Of a DNA stretch of 64,000 nucleotides, positions 28,244 through 37,916 are shown piece after piece; position 1 is the stretch's first letter; every line of letters starts with the position of its first letter. Source of the DNA: Candidatus Zhuqueibacterota bacterium (lineage in GTDB: Bacteria > Zhuqueibacterota > Zhuqueibacteria > Thermofontimicrobiales > Thermofontimicrobiaceae); the NCBI GenBank assembly GCA_049322915.1, contig JBMOPW010000012.1:65888-129887 (forward strand), in the 5' to 3' direction. The notes beneath the pieces are model-generated. The model made no database searches and had not been told where the DNA came from. It worked only from the letters and a program-made list of their open reading frames with translations. The position numbers and the translations under genes were made by a program.

Positions 28244-29035
28244 ATGGCTGAGGAAAACGTTAGTGTTGTTTCTCCGTCTCCTTTTTCACTGGATGTTAAT
28301 AATTTTCAAATCAAGATTGCCGAGACTGACGAAGAAATCCTGTCTGCTCTGCGGCTGCGGTTTGAAGTGTTTAACATCGAAATGAATGAAGGTTTGGCGT
28401 CATCATGGGAAACCGGATTGGACCAGGACAAATACGATGCACATGCCGATCACCTCATCGTTATCGACAAACAGACTCAAGCGATTGTCGGGACGTATCG
28501 ATTGATTCGGAAATCGCGGGTCATTTCCAATGGCGGTTTTTACTCAGAAGGCGAATTTAATCTGGATAGCTTGAAAATTTTGCCCGAAGAGATTTTAGAA
28601 CTGGGCCGGTCGTGCGTTCATAAAGACTACCGATCGACCGGGGTGATCAATTTGCTATGGGTGGGAATTGCCAAATATGTCGAAGTTACCAACTCCCGCT
28701 ACCTCATCGGCTGCGGCAGCTTGCACACGCACGACGTGAATGAAATAAGCGAGATTTACAGCTACTTGAAATTGAATTTCTTCTCCGATCACCGTTTCCG
28801 GGTATTCCCGGTGGAAAAGTGCGTGGTGAAAGGATTGCGCGACAATATGGCCGTCGAAGATCCACGGTCGCTGATGAAAAAAATGCCTCCACTGCTCAAA
28901 GGTTACTTCAGAGCTGGGGCAGTGATTTGCGGAGAACCGGCGTTGGACAGTGAATTCGGAACAACCGATTTCCTTATTCTTCTGACGACCGAGAATATTT
29001 CAAAACGTTATTCGCAACATTATCGTACCGCATAA
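28244..29035 (+). CDS. GNAT N-acyltransferase, ornithine-lipid OlsB-like
   Basis: LRFEVF, DQDKYD, HLIV, VGTYRL, ELGRSCVH..YR, PPLLKGY, DSEFGTTD. Confidence 0.88.
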   Translation: MAEENVSVVSPSPFSLDVNNFQIKIAETDEEILSALRLRFEVFNIEMNEGLASSWETGLDQDKYDAHADHLIVIDKQTQAIVGTYRLIRKSRVISNGGFYSEGEFNLDSLKILPEEILELGRSCVHKDYRSTGVINLLWVGIAKYVEVTNSRYLIGCGSLHTHDVNEISEIYSYLKLNFFSDHRFRVFPVEKCVVKGLRDNMAVEDPRSLMKKMPPLLKGYFRAGAVICGEPALDSEFGTTDFLILLTTENISKRYSQHYRTA

Positions 29036-29164
29036 ATTCTGATTAATTTCAGGATTGCTCTCTCCGCTAAATACCGGCGTTGTCGGTATATGAAGTGAAA
29101 TCATTTACGTTTCAACTCAGCCACATCCTGAGTCGAGTCATTCCTGTATAAATGGAGAAGCATC

Positions 29165-29977
29165 ATGCGTCGGATTTTACGTCTCATTGGATTCATCTTT
29201 GTAAATTTTCTTTTTTTGGTATTAGCCGTGTTATTGGCCCCGGTCACTTTGTTCTTTGGAAGACGCGCCCATCGAAAATTGGCCATCAAAATTACGAAAG
29301 TCTGGGCTCAATGGATGGTTGTCATCCTGGGATTCACGGTTAAACTGCGCAATGAACATCTCATCGATGAAAACCAGCACTATTTCATCGTTGGCAATCA
29401 TCTCAGCTATCTGGATATCATTCTGGTCGGATGCAAAAAACCGGGCCTTTTCGTCGCGAAAAAGGAAGTCCGCTCGTGGCCGTTATTGGGACAACTTGCA
29501 TGGCTGGGCGGGACTATTTTCGTCGATCGCAGCAAACGCGGGAAAGAGGATCGACCCTACATTGGACAAATTGCCAAATATTTACGACAGGGTCTCACCA
29601 TTCTCGTTTTTCCGGAAGGGACTTCCACCGAAGGCGATACTGTGCTGCCGTTCAAAAAGACGATTTTTTCCTCACCCATTTTAGCCGAAACGCCGATTCT
29701 GCCATTGACGGTCAAATACGTTTCAGTGAATCACCAGCCGTTCGGGCCGGGCAATCGCGACCTGGTGTGCTGGTACGCGGATATGACTTTTGTCGATCAT
29801 TTCTGGAATATGCTCAATTTGAAGGAATTCACTGTGGAGATTATCGCGAATCCACCGGTCGTCGAAAAACCTGTCGATGAAAATGTGCTGCCCCAGGCGA
29901 GGGAGCTTTCCGAAACAGTCTACAACGCAGTGCTGGAAACCTACAAACAGGGCAAAAATGAAGCAACATACGCCTGA
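29165..29977 (+). CDS. Lysophospholipid/lyso-ornithine lipid O-acyltransferase (PlsC/OlsA-like)
   Basis: NHLSYLD, FVAKKE, FPEGT; adjacent to olsB-like gene. Confidence 0.9.
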   Translation: MRRILRLIGFIFVNFLFLVLAVLLAPVTLFFGRRAHRKLAIKITKVWAQWMVVILGFTVKLRNEHLIDENQHYFIVGNHLSYLDIILVGCKKPGLFVAKKEVRSWPLLGQLAWLGGTIFVDRSKRGKEDRPYIGQIAKYLRQGLTILVFPEGTSTEGDTVLPFKKTIFSSPILAETPILPLTVKYVSVNHQPFGPGNRDLVCWYADMTFVDHFWNMLNLKEFTVEIIANPPVVEKPVDENVLPQARELSETVYNAVLETYKQGKNEATYA

Positions 29978-30130
29978 GAATTTTTTAAAAAACATGTCAC
30001 TTTCAATGCGGGACAACTATCCCGCATTTTTATTTTCAGTAAATTCGGAACAATTCAGGGCTCAGGTCGTCTCATGTAAAAAACGTAACGATTCCTTTCA
30101 CTCGTGGCAAGCGAAGGAACAATTCATTCC

Positions 30131-31108
30131 ATGTACGAAAACATCATCACCCACAACGATTTTGACGGCGTGGTGAGCGCCGCACTCTGCTCTTATATCT
30201 ATCGCGTGAACTTCATCAAATTTGCCGGGCCAGACGCCATCGAGCGATCTGAAATTACTATCACCCGCAAGGACATTGTGTGCGATTTGCCCTATCCGTT
30301 AGAATGCGGACTCTGGTTCGATCATCACGAGGGGAATCTCGGCGCGTTGAAATATCGAAAAATTAAACCTGCTTCCATCCCCGGTAAATTCGACGTTCAG
30401 CCTTCGTGCGCGCGGGTCATTTACGATTACCATCATCAGACGGCGGTTCTGCCTCCGCATTTTGAAGCTCTTGTGGCAGCGACGGACCAGATCGATTCAT
30501 TCGATTATGATTCCATCGAATCGTGGCGCAGCGAAACGCCGGCGAAAATCATCGACGCGACCATTCGTCTGCGCACCGGCACTCCCCTCGAAAAACGCGG
30601 CTATCTGAAACAGCTCACATTCTTACTGCGCGATGAGCCTCTTGAAAAAGTCGCTGCCATGCCCGAGGTGGCGCAGCGTTATCAGGAGTATCTCAACGAA
30701 GAAAGCGAAATGAGTAACATCATTCAGCAGAACAGCTATTTCCTGACAGCGGACAGCCAGCATGAAATTGTGATTCTGGATCTATCGCAATTCAATCGAC
30801 CGCCGTACGTGATCAAAAATCTGGCCTACCTGCTGTACCCGGAGGCGCTGGCGGTGCTTGAGGTGAAAAATATTTTCAGGCATGGACTGAAAACCAACGA
30901 CATCAGTTTTTCTCTCTCGCTGAGTCTTAATTTGAATCGCAAGGAAAATGTCCGCGATGTCGGCGAAATTATGCGCGAGCTCAATATTGGCGACGGCCAC
31001 AAAGGCGCGGCTGCCGGCAAAATTCCGTCCCATTCCAAACAGGAAATGCTGAAAAAGAAGGAGCACACTCTGAACGAAATTTTAGCCCTCTGGAAAACTC
31101 AGGTCTGA
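30131..31108 (+). CDS. DHH-family phosphoesterase (exopolyphosphatase-related)
   Basis: HNDFDG, DLPY, FDHH, C-terminal GDGHKGAAAG; start set at MYENI. Confidence 0.85.
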   Translation: MYENIITHNDFDGVVSAALCSYIYRVNFIKFAGPDAIERSEITITRKDIVCDLPYPLECGLWFDHHEGNLGALKYRKIKPASIPGKFDVQPSCARVIYDYHHQTAVLPPHFEALVAATDQIDSFDYDSIESWRSETPAKIIDATIRLRTGTPLEKRGYLKQLTFLLRDEPLEKVAAMPEVAQRYQEYLNEESEMSNIIQQNSYFLTADSQHEIVILDLSQFNRPPYVIKNLAYLLYPEALAVLEVKNIFRHGLKTNDISFSLSLSLNLNRKENVRDVGEIMRELNIGDGHKGAAAGKIPSHSKQEMLKKKEHTLNEILALWKTQV

Positions 31109-31155
31109 TTCCAGCTCCCGATTTTCCAGAAAATTGAATCGAACCAACGCATGTC

Positions 31156-34056
31156 ATGAGCAAAAATCCAACGACCAGACTGACGATGTTCCATTCCCCA
31201 TTTAAAAAATTACAGTTCATAATCTTCGTATTGCTGATGATTTCCCTGGTTTCAGGACAGGCGCACAGCCAATTTTCGATCTCACAAAATCACCCGGAAT
31301 TGAAGTGGATGAATTTCGAGACAGACCACTTCAAAATTATCTATCACCAGGGGATCGAAACGATCGCCCATCGCGTCGCCATCATTGCCGAACAAGTCTA
31401 TGGCCCGATCACCAGCGATCTCGGGATTGAACCGCCGCAGAAATCGTCCATCGTGGTTTCGGATTATCACGATTATTCCAATGGACTGAGCACACCTCTG
31501 GGACATTATATTTTTCTCTGGACCAAGAGCGAGACCAAATACACCACCGGCGACGAAAACTGGCTTCATGCGTTGGTGGCTCATGAATTCACTCACCTCG
31601 TGAATTTCTGGGCGTTTCGCGCTTTCCCGGGGTACTGGAGAGAACTGATCGCGCTGGGATTTGTCCCCACCTGGTTTTTGGAAGGCGTGGCTCAATTTGA
31701 AGCCGAAAAGTGGTGCGCCAACCGGGACATGCTGTTGCGAGTGGCCACCTACAGCGATCGCCTGTTGCCATACAAAAAATTAACTGGCTACATCGGGACG
31801 GACCACATTGGCTCGCGCCTGGTTTATGAACAAGGCCATTCCCTCGTGCGATTCATTACAGCGGAATTTGGCAACAGCGCTCTGCTCAAAATCATCGAAC
31901 ACTTTCGTTCATTCCCATTGAGTTTCAACCTGGCCCTGAAACGATCCATCGGTCTATCCGAAAACGAGCTCTTCGATGCGTGGGAAAAGCGCGTCGAAAG
32001 TCACTACAATGAAGTCCGCGCCAATCACGCGCCAGTCGCAGATGCAGGCCGAACAATCGCCACGCCGTTTCAGGCAAATTATGCTGCGCGCTGGTCGCCG
32101 GATGGAGCCATGATTGCCATCCTGGGCATCACGGACTACGACGAACAGGTGCCGGACCTGTACATCGCGGATGCGAATTTGAAGGAGTTCAAAAAGGTCG
32201 CTGGTCCATTTGTGAACGCATTTTTTTCATGGTCGCCGGACAGCAAATTCCTCGTGTATTCAAAAGAGCATCACGCGCCCAACGGATCGGTTTACAACGA
32301 TGTGTTCATGTATTCCATCGGGAGCGGTGCAACGCAGCAACTGACTGTTGGCGAACGGGCGACCGATCCATGCTGGTCCCCGGATGGGAAGCAGATCGCC
32401 TACTGCGTGCACCTGGGGACGAAATCCAATCTCGCCGTCTACGACGTGAAAACCCACCATCGCAATTTCATCACTGATTTTCCGGACTGGGTGGAGGTGT
32501 TCACCCCGACCTGGTCGCCGCCATCGGACACGCTCGCCTTTTCCCGTTTCGATGAACAGGGCAATCGCGATATCTGGATCGTTGCCTCGGACGGGTCATT
32601 TGCAGAGCGCCTCATCGATATTTCAAACGACGATCGCTTCCCGGCCTGGTCGCCGGACGGAAAAAAAATTGCCTTCATCTCCTACCGAAACGGAGCGCCA
32701 AATCTCCACCTGTTGCGCCTCAAAAGCGGCGAGGTCATCCAACTCACCGATACGCCGGGCGGCGTTTTTAATCCGACCTGGTTGCCTGATGGCGAGCATA
32801 TCGGAGTGACAGTTTTCGAGCAACGCGATCGGACGGATATTGTTGTTCTGCCCGAAGAGGCGCCGGGGACAGCGCCTGTCACGGTCGCGCCGTTAGCTTT
32901 TCACGCGCTGAAACAGCCGGTCCCTGTTCATCTGGCAACGCCTCCCGCCGCGGCTCAGGCAGGAGCTACCTCCGCGCCCTATCGCTCCCTGCTGAATGTG
33001 CGCTCACAAATTCTTCTGCCCTATCTTGACAGGGATGAAAATGGCTGGCAGCCCGGGCTCCTCAATCTCGCTGCAGATCCGCTGGGCATGCACATGCTGC
33101 AAACGACGTTTTCGTACCGGACGCGCCCTCATTTCTCCGTGGGTTACACCAATTACCAGTTCACCCCGACGCTTCAGATTTTTGTCTACAAAACCACCAT
33201 CGACCACGGCGATTTTCTCCGCATCAGCGACGACGAAGTCCTGCCCCTGTACGAGAACGATTGGAGCGGTTCTGTCACGCTTTCCTGGCCCGTTAATTTT
33301 GGGAAATCCCGATTGTCCAATCATCTCGTCTGGCTGCGCGGCACGGCCCGGTATCGCAGCACGATCAATGACAGCGACTACGAACGAGCGAATATTGCCC
33401 GGTGGGCGCTGCCATTTCAAGGCTGGATCAACTACGCCACAATCGGCTATAGCTGGTCTACGTATCGCCCGGACGTGAGCTACGATCTGCATCCCAAAAC
33501 TGGCGCCATGCTGAGTCTGTACGCGCATCGCGGCGACCATCGGCTGGGCAGCGATCTGGTTTTCACGCAATTCGGCAGCCAGGTATCTGTTCGCCGGGAA
33601 TGGCCATTTCCGGAGCATGTCATCGCGGCGCGGATAGGCGCCAATTTCAGAGATGGCGACCAGCCGATTCAAAGCCGAATCGCCATAGGGAATTCGGCCA
33701 TTCGCGGTCTGTCCAATTCTCAGGAAGGCGATCAACAGGTGTTTTCCAATGTGGAATACCGGTTTCCCGTGGTTCGGGATCTGGGGCTAAAAATCTGGAT
33801 TCTCTATTTCGAACGAATCACCGGCGCATTATTCGTCGATTCGGGGAAAGCCTGGGGCAGCTATTTCGCCACCTTCTATGACGGCCGCACGCTGCGTTTC
33901 GACGACGTCCGGTGGATTCACACCACGGGAGTCGAGCTTCGCCATCGATTCTATTTTCTGGGCAAAATTCCAGTTATATTTCAAGCAGGCTATGCGATGG
34001 AAGCGGCGCAACCACAGGAGCGTTCCCTGTATCTGCGCATCGGGCCCGTCTTTTAG
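31156..34056 (+). CDS. Omp85-superfamily protein: gluzincin peptidase + PD40/TolB beta-propeller + beta-barrel
   Basis: Signal peptide; HEFTH...WFLEG; multiple WSPDG repeats; NVEYRFP, ALFVDSG; C-terminal Phe. Confidence 0.85.
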   Translation: MSKNPTTRLTMFHSPFKKLQFIIFVLLMISLVSGQAHSQFSISQNHPELKWMNFETDHFKIIYHQGIETIAHRVAIIAEQVYGPITSDLGIEPPQKSSIVVSDYHDYSNGLSTPLGHYIFLWTKSETKYTTGDENWLHALVAHEFTHLVNFWAFRAFPGYWRELIALGFVPTWFLEGVAQFEAEKWCANRDMLLRVATYSDRLLPYKKLTGYIGTDHIGSRLVYEQGHSLVRFITAEFGNSALLKIIEHFRSFPLSFNLALKRSIGLSENELFDAWEKRVESHYNEVRANHAPVADAGRTIATPFQANYAARWSPDGAMIAILGITDYDEQVPDLYIADANLKEFKKVAGPFVNAFFSWSPDSKFLVYSKEHHAPNGSVYNDVFMYSIGSGATQQLTVGERATDPCWSPDGKQIAYCVHLGTKSNLAVYDVKTHHRNFITDFPDWVEVFTPTWSPPSDTLAFSRFDEQGNRDIWIVASDGSFAERLIDISNDDRFPAWSPDGKKIAFISYRNGAPNLHLLRLKSGEVIQLTDTPGGVFNPTWLPDGEHIGVTVFEQRDRTDIVVLPEEAPGTAPVTVAPLAFHALKQPVPVHLATPPAAAQAGATSAPYRSLLNVRSQILLPYLDRDENGWQPGLLNLAADPLGMHMLQTTFSYRTRPHFSVGYTNYQFTPTLQIFVYKTTIDHGDFLRISDDEVLPLYENDWSGSVTLSWPVNFGKSRLSNHLVWLRGTARYRSTINDSDYERANIARWALPFQGWINYATIGYSWSTYRPDVSYDLHPKTGAMLSLYAHRGDHRLGSDLVFTQFGSQVSVRREWPFPEHVIAARIGANFRDGDQPIQSRIAIGNSAIRGLSNSQEGDQQVFSNVEYRFPVVRDLGLKIWILYFERITGALFVDSGKAWGSYFATFYDGRTLRFDDVRWIHTTGVELRHRFYFLGKIPVIFQAGYAMEAAQPQERSLYLRIGPVF

Positions 34057-34208
34057 TCCACTCCGCAAGTCTGGTGCATTCCCCGATCCCGGGGAATTAC
34101 CAATCCCGACGTCCCTACAGGTATTTTTTTCCATCATCGGAAATATTTGTCCCCATTCTGGCTCTCGCGCGCCGCTGAACCGATCTGACACTTTTCTGGC
34201 TGAGCGAC

Positions 34209-34235
34209 TAAAGTAATTCGAAACAATTTCGATAA
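34209..34235 (+). promoter_or_regulatory. sigma28-like promoter upstream of STAS gene
   Basis: TAAA-N15-TTCGATAA. Confidence 0.65.
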
Positions 34236-34361
34236 TGATAGAAGTAGTATGAACGCGCACCATGTAGCCGTGGTTTTTCAGCTCATCTTTCAGAGAGACG
34301 AGCGAACCTGGCGCCGGCAGAATGACCGGCACGATTATCAGCGACTGTTGCGGAGGTATCC

Positions 34362-34691
34362 ATGGAAATTACCAATGAAAAATACAACGATGTGGATGTT
34401 TTGACATTCGAAGGAATTTTGAACGCTGAAAATGTGGATCAGCTTCGAAAGTTCAATGAGAAATTACTGCAAGAGAATTCGCCTTTAGTCATCCTGGATT
34501 TTGAACGGCTGGAGCAAATCGACAGTTCAGGGATTGGCGCGATTATCTCTTTGTTGAAAAAAATGCGTTCCCAAAATGGCGATGTCCGCATTATCAAACT
34601 TCGCGGCGCGGTGAAGCAATTGTTCGAATTGCTTCGCATCGACCGGGGCATCAATATCTACGACTCGCTGGACGACGCAATCATGAATTGA
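34362..34691 (+). CDS. STAS-domain anti-sigma factor antagonist (RsbV/SpoIIAA-like)
   Basis: LDFERLEQIDSSGIG phospho-Ser motif; GGAGGT RBS. Confidence 0.92.
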   Translation: MEITNEKYNDVDVLTFEGILNAENVDQLRKFNEKLLQENSPLVILDFERLEQIDSSGIGAIISLLKKMRSQNGDVRIIKLRGAVKQLFELLRIDRGINIYDSLDDAIMN

Positions 34692-34730
34692 ACATCTTCC
34701 AAACCTGTCAAAGTCTCTCCTTAATTGAAA

Positions 34731-34780
34731 AAAAGGGTCGTTTCACTCATCGCTCAAGTACGATGTGAAACGACCCTTTT
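34731..34780. terminator. Bidirectional terminator between convergent genes
   Basis: 16-bp perfect stem AAAAGGGTCGTTTCAC/GTGAAACGACCCTTTT. Confidence 0.85.
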
Positions 34781-34836
34781 CTTTATTCTGTCAAAGCCGG
34801 TGTGGCCGGGTTCGCCGACCTCAGATTGGAACTAAA

Positions 34837-35256
34837 TTATTGTAACGGAACGATGAACCGAAACCGTTTAATGCGATCATAGTTGTTTTCGATTTCCAGC
34901 TTCAGCCCCCCGGGACCGTCGTGCAATTTATACGGATTGGGGTCAATCCCATCATCGAACTTCATCCGATTCGATTCGTGCGAAAAAGGTATCTGGAAAA
35001 ATTCATAAAATAGCTTCTCAAGTTGACGACGCGAAAGGTCATTGCTGGTAGGTTCAAATTCGATGTAAAATTTCTCCAGCGTGGCGTGTACCGAAATTTT
35101 CAGTTCCTCCAGGCTCTCGATTTCAGTCGAGTCGACAATTGTCGTGATGCCTTCCAAAACATGGGGCGCGATGGAATTTCGTCCGTCCGTATTCCCCGTG
35201 TGTCCTGACAGCAGATTGGTTAATTCTGATTTAATGAGTGTCATGCGTTCGCTCAT
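34837..35256 (-). CDS. Hypothetical protein
   Basis: 139-aa ORF, AGGGG RBS, own promoter motif and shared terminator. Confidence 0.65.
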   Translation of the reverse strand: MSERMTLIKSELTNLLSGHTGNTDGRNSIAPHVLEGITTIVDSTEIESLEELKISVHATLEKFYIEFEPTSNDLSRRQLEKLFYEFFQIPFSHESNRMKFDDGIDPNPYKLHDGPGGLKLEIENNYDRIKRFRFIVPLQ

Positions 35257-35310
35257 TTCATACCCCTTTGAATAGTACGTTATTGGTTAAGTTCATTTCA
35301 TTAAAAATTA

Positions 35311-35337
35311 ATATCGGAAATTTTAGCAAAAGCTTAA
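35311..35337 (-). promoter_or_regulatory. sigma28-like promoter
   Basis: Minus strand TTAA-N15-TCCGATAT, 55 nt upstream of the 35256 start. Confidence 0.55.
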
Positions 35338-35406
35338 CATTTGACTACTCCCCTGCCGGAGCGAAATAACCTTGATGAAGGAAGATGACGCGGTTGGCGC
35401 GCGTAT

Positions 35407-35442
35407 AAAAAAATGCCCTGAATTTTGTATCCAGGACATTTT
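35407..35442 (-). terminator. Intrinsic terminator (imperfect stem)
   Basis: Minus strand AAAATGTCCTG...CAGGGCATTTTTTT. Confidence 0.65.
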
Positions 35443-35483
35443 CTGAAGAACCTAAAGGAGGAATCTTATGGTTGTTTACTGTT

Positions 35484-35756
35484 TTAATTGTTCCTATCTG
35501 CCCCAATCACCATCAAATTTTCGCGGACCATCTGCCAAATGATTTGGGTGACATGCGCCCTGTCGATGGCTGTCAACCGTCTTCCGCTGTACCTCTCCAA
35601 ACCCACTCTACTGACACTTTTCCTCTCCCGTGCAGGAAGGATATTTTTCTCAGCAGCGAGCCGTTCAACATCCGGCACCACGTCCCGAATCAGCAAATTT
35701 GGTTTTGCCTGAAACGCTTCCATCACCAGATCTTTTAAAATTCGATAGTCGATCAT
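35484..35756 (-). CDS. Small hypothetical protein (90 aa, possibly winged-helix-like)
   Basis: AGGGA RBS before MIDYR; sigma54 promoter upstream and terminator downstream. Confidence 0.6.
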   Translation of the reverse strand: MIDYRILKDLVMEAFQAKPNLLIRDVVPDVERLAAEKNILPARERKSVSRVGLERYSGRRLTAIDRAHVTQIIWQMVRENLMVIGADRNN

Positions 35757-35847
35757 TGCTACGTCCCTGTTTAGATTATTAAAATTTGTCAAAGCCCACA
35801 GATGCACGATTTATAAGAATTGCCCTGACAAATGACATAGCTTCTTT

Positions 35848-35864
35848 TGCAATATTTATACCAA
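35848..35864 (-). promoter_or_regulatory. sigma54 (-24/-12) promoter
   Basis: TTGGTATAAATATTGCA = GG-N10-GC. Confidence 0.65.
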
Positions 35865-36653
35865 TGATCGGCGCTTCCGATAAAACAACAATCATTTAAC
35901 AATTTGGGGCGAACCATGCCCTTTTCATGACTGTTACTGCTGTTCACTTTTCCAGTACAATTGGAATTGGCTGTCGCGGTTACAATGCTGCATCAGATGT
36001 GAGTGGGCTGCACAGCGTCAGTTTCGGCCTGTTTCGCGGCAACTATCCGGGATTTCTCACCGGACATTCCACATTTTTGTAATACAGGGGATGCTCAATT
36101 ACAAATATGCACAAAGCGTCCGGAGCAACGTCCCAAAATTGTGCACTGCGCGCGCATGTGCGCATTATTTGCCCAGGAGCCTGGAGTTTCGTGAGGAGCA
36201 ATTTGTGGACTGACGGAGCCATTATTTCGGGCACTGATTTCGTGCCGGATGATGCATCCAGCGCCCGAACAGGGAACGGTTCGGCGATTGCGGATCGGCA
36301 ACTCGTTTTGCAGGGACATGCCGGCGTTGAAGGACAGAGGGACATCTTTTGCCTGGTCGGTTCATCCAATTTTTGTAATTTGCTTCTTGATAAAATTGGT
36401 GCTCTCTGCCGGCGCGGCAAATTTCCTTGCGGATGGCGTTTTGAGATAACTGGATTTTTGCAATTTTCGAATCTGCCCGCATCGAGTTTGGGCGGCAGTA
36501 AAGAAGGGATCCTGCATCCGCCGTATTCAATAGGAATTGCCCCAATCATTCAGCCCGTTTTCCCTGGTTCAGGCAGGCTGTGCGCGCCGCCAGAAAGCGA
36601 ACGGAGCGAGAGGTGCCGGGGCAATGCAGAATCCGTAAATCTGTCAGCCGGGA

Positions 36654-37916
36654 TCATTTTTTTGCCAGCAGAAAATAGACAGCGTTCACTTCGGTCGCAA
36701 TGTTCCGCCACGAATACTGCATGGCTTTGCTCACCAGCAGATGTTCATTCCAGGTCTTTTGCAACCCCTGCACAATGCTGTTGGCCAGATCAAATGCATC
36801 CCGCGGATTGGAGAGCAGCCCGATTTGCGGAGAATCCAGGACTTCCGGGATACCGCCGACACGACTGGCCACGATGGGCGTCCCGCAGGCTAACGATTCC
36901 GCAATCACCGGAGGCCAGCCTTCGCTCACGCTGGGCAGTACCAGCAAATCCACAGCGTTCATCCACCGCGGCACCTTGGTCTGCGGCTTGTTGCCCAGAA
37001 AGAAAATGCGATCTTCCAGTTTGAGGTTCACCACCTTCCGCGCCAGCGCCTCGCCCAGATCGCCATCGCCGAGGATGTAAAGCGACACATCCTGATGCTG
37101 CATGGCGATGATTTCCATGGCATCGATGAGATAGTTCACGCCTTTGCCCCAATAGAGACTTCCCACGTAGAGAATGAGGCGTTTCCCCAGGGGCAGATTG
37201 AGCATGGCCCGCGCCTTTATTTTATCGCACGGAAAAAACAATCGCAGATTCACCCCGTTGGGCACCAATTTCATCGAGCCCTCGGGCCGGGCATAGTTGG
37301 TTATTTTTTGTTGAATCTCCCGGCTGGCCGCAAAAATGAAACGGGCCCGATTGAGCGTGTACGTCACAAAACGGGTGAGGATGAAATTCTTGCCCAGGTC
37401 GACATTGATGTCGCTGCCCTGACAATGAATCACCGAAGGTACTCCGAACAGCTTGCCCAGCATCGTCGCTGCAAAACCTTCCGGGAATGCGAATTGCGCA
37501 TGGATGATATCGAAACGGAATTTGGTTCGAATTTTTAAGATGACCGGCAGCAGTCTTGCCAGCAGAAATATCCCGTCGGAAAAATGGGCGAGCTTTTTGG
37601 GCAAATACCAGAGCCGGGGATAGACGACCGGCAGGCCGTGGTAAATATCGGATTGGGGTATCTGTCGCATCTGCCGGTAATACTGCCGGAGAACGGATGG
37701 CCGCCTGAACGCGCGTTTCAGCAGCGAAATGGACGGAGTTTTGGAAATTGGACACACCACCATGAACTCGTTCTCTCTGGAAAGCTCCCTCACCAGTTGA
37801 TAGACAAATAGCCCCTGCTGAAAATGAATTCGATTGGGAAACTTCGACGAGATGACAAGTATCTTGCGTCGTTCCCCCCCCTGAAAGGGATTCGTTTCAA
37901 CGATAGGCAAATCCAA
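36654..37916 (-). CDS. Glycosyltransferase family 4 (TuaC-like)
   Basis: DIIHAQF, ILYVG, KG, LPSVSEGWPPVIAESLACGTPIVAS.VGGIPE (EX7E). Confidence 0.93.
   Translation of the reverse strand: MDLPIVETNPFQGGERRKILVISSKFPNRIHFQQGLFVYQLVRELSRENEFMVVCPISKTPSISLLKRAFRRPSVLRQYYRQMRQIPQSDIYHGLPVVYPRLWYLPKKLAHFSDGIFLLARLLPVILKIRTKFRFDIIHAQFAFPEGFAATMLGKLFGVPSVIHCQGSDINVDLGKNFILTRFVTYTLNRARFIFAASREIQQKITNYARPEGSMKLVPNGVNLRLFFPCDKIKARAMLNLPLGKRLILYVGSLYWGKGVNYLIDAMEIIAMQHQDVSLYILGDGDLGEALARKVVNLKLEDRIFFLGNKPQTKVPRWMNAVDLLVLPSVSEGWPPVIAESLACGTPIVASRVGGIPEVLDSPQIGLLSNPRDAFDLANSIVQGLQKTWNEHLLVSKAMQYSWRNIATEVNAVYFLLAKK

Noticed and set aside
34240..34355. c-di-GMP or other riboswitch in the STAS leader
   Set aside because: Some local pairing but none of the conserved aptamer motifs; needs an Rfam scan.
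36003..37024. ORFs 36043-36549(-), 36107-37024(+) and neighbours
   Set aside because: No RBS or family motifs, Arg/Pro/Ser/Cys-rich composition, and partly antisense to the GT4 gene; treated as non-coding.
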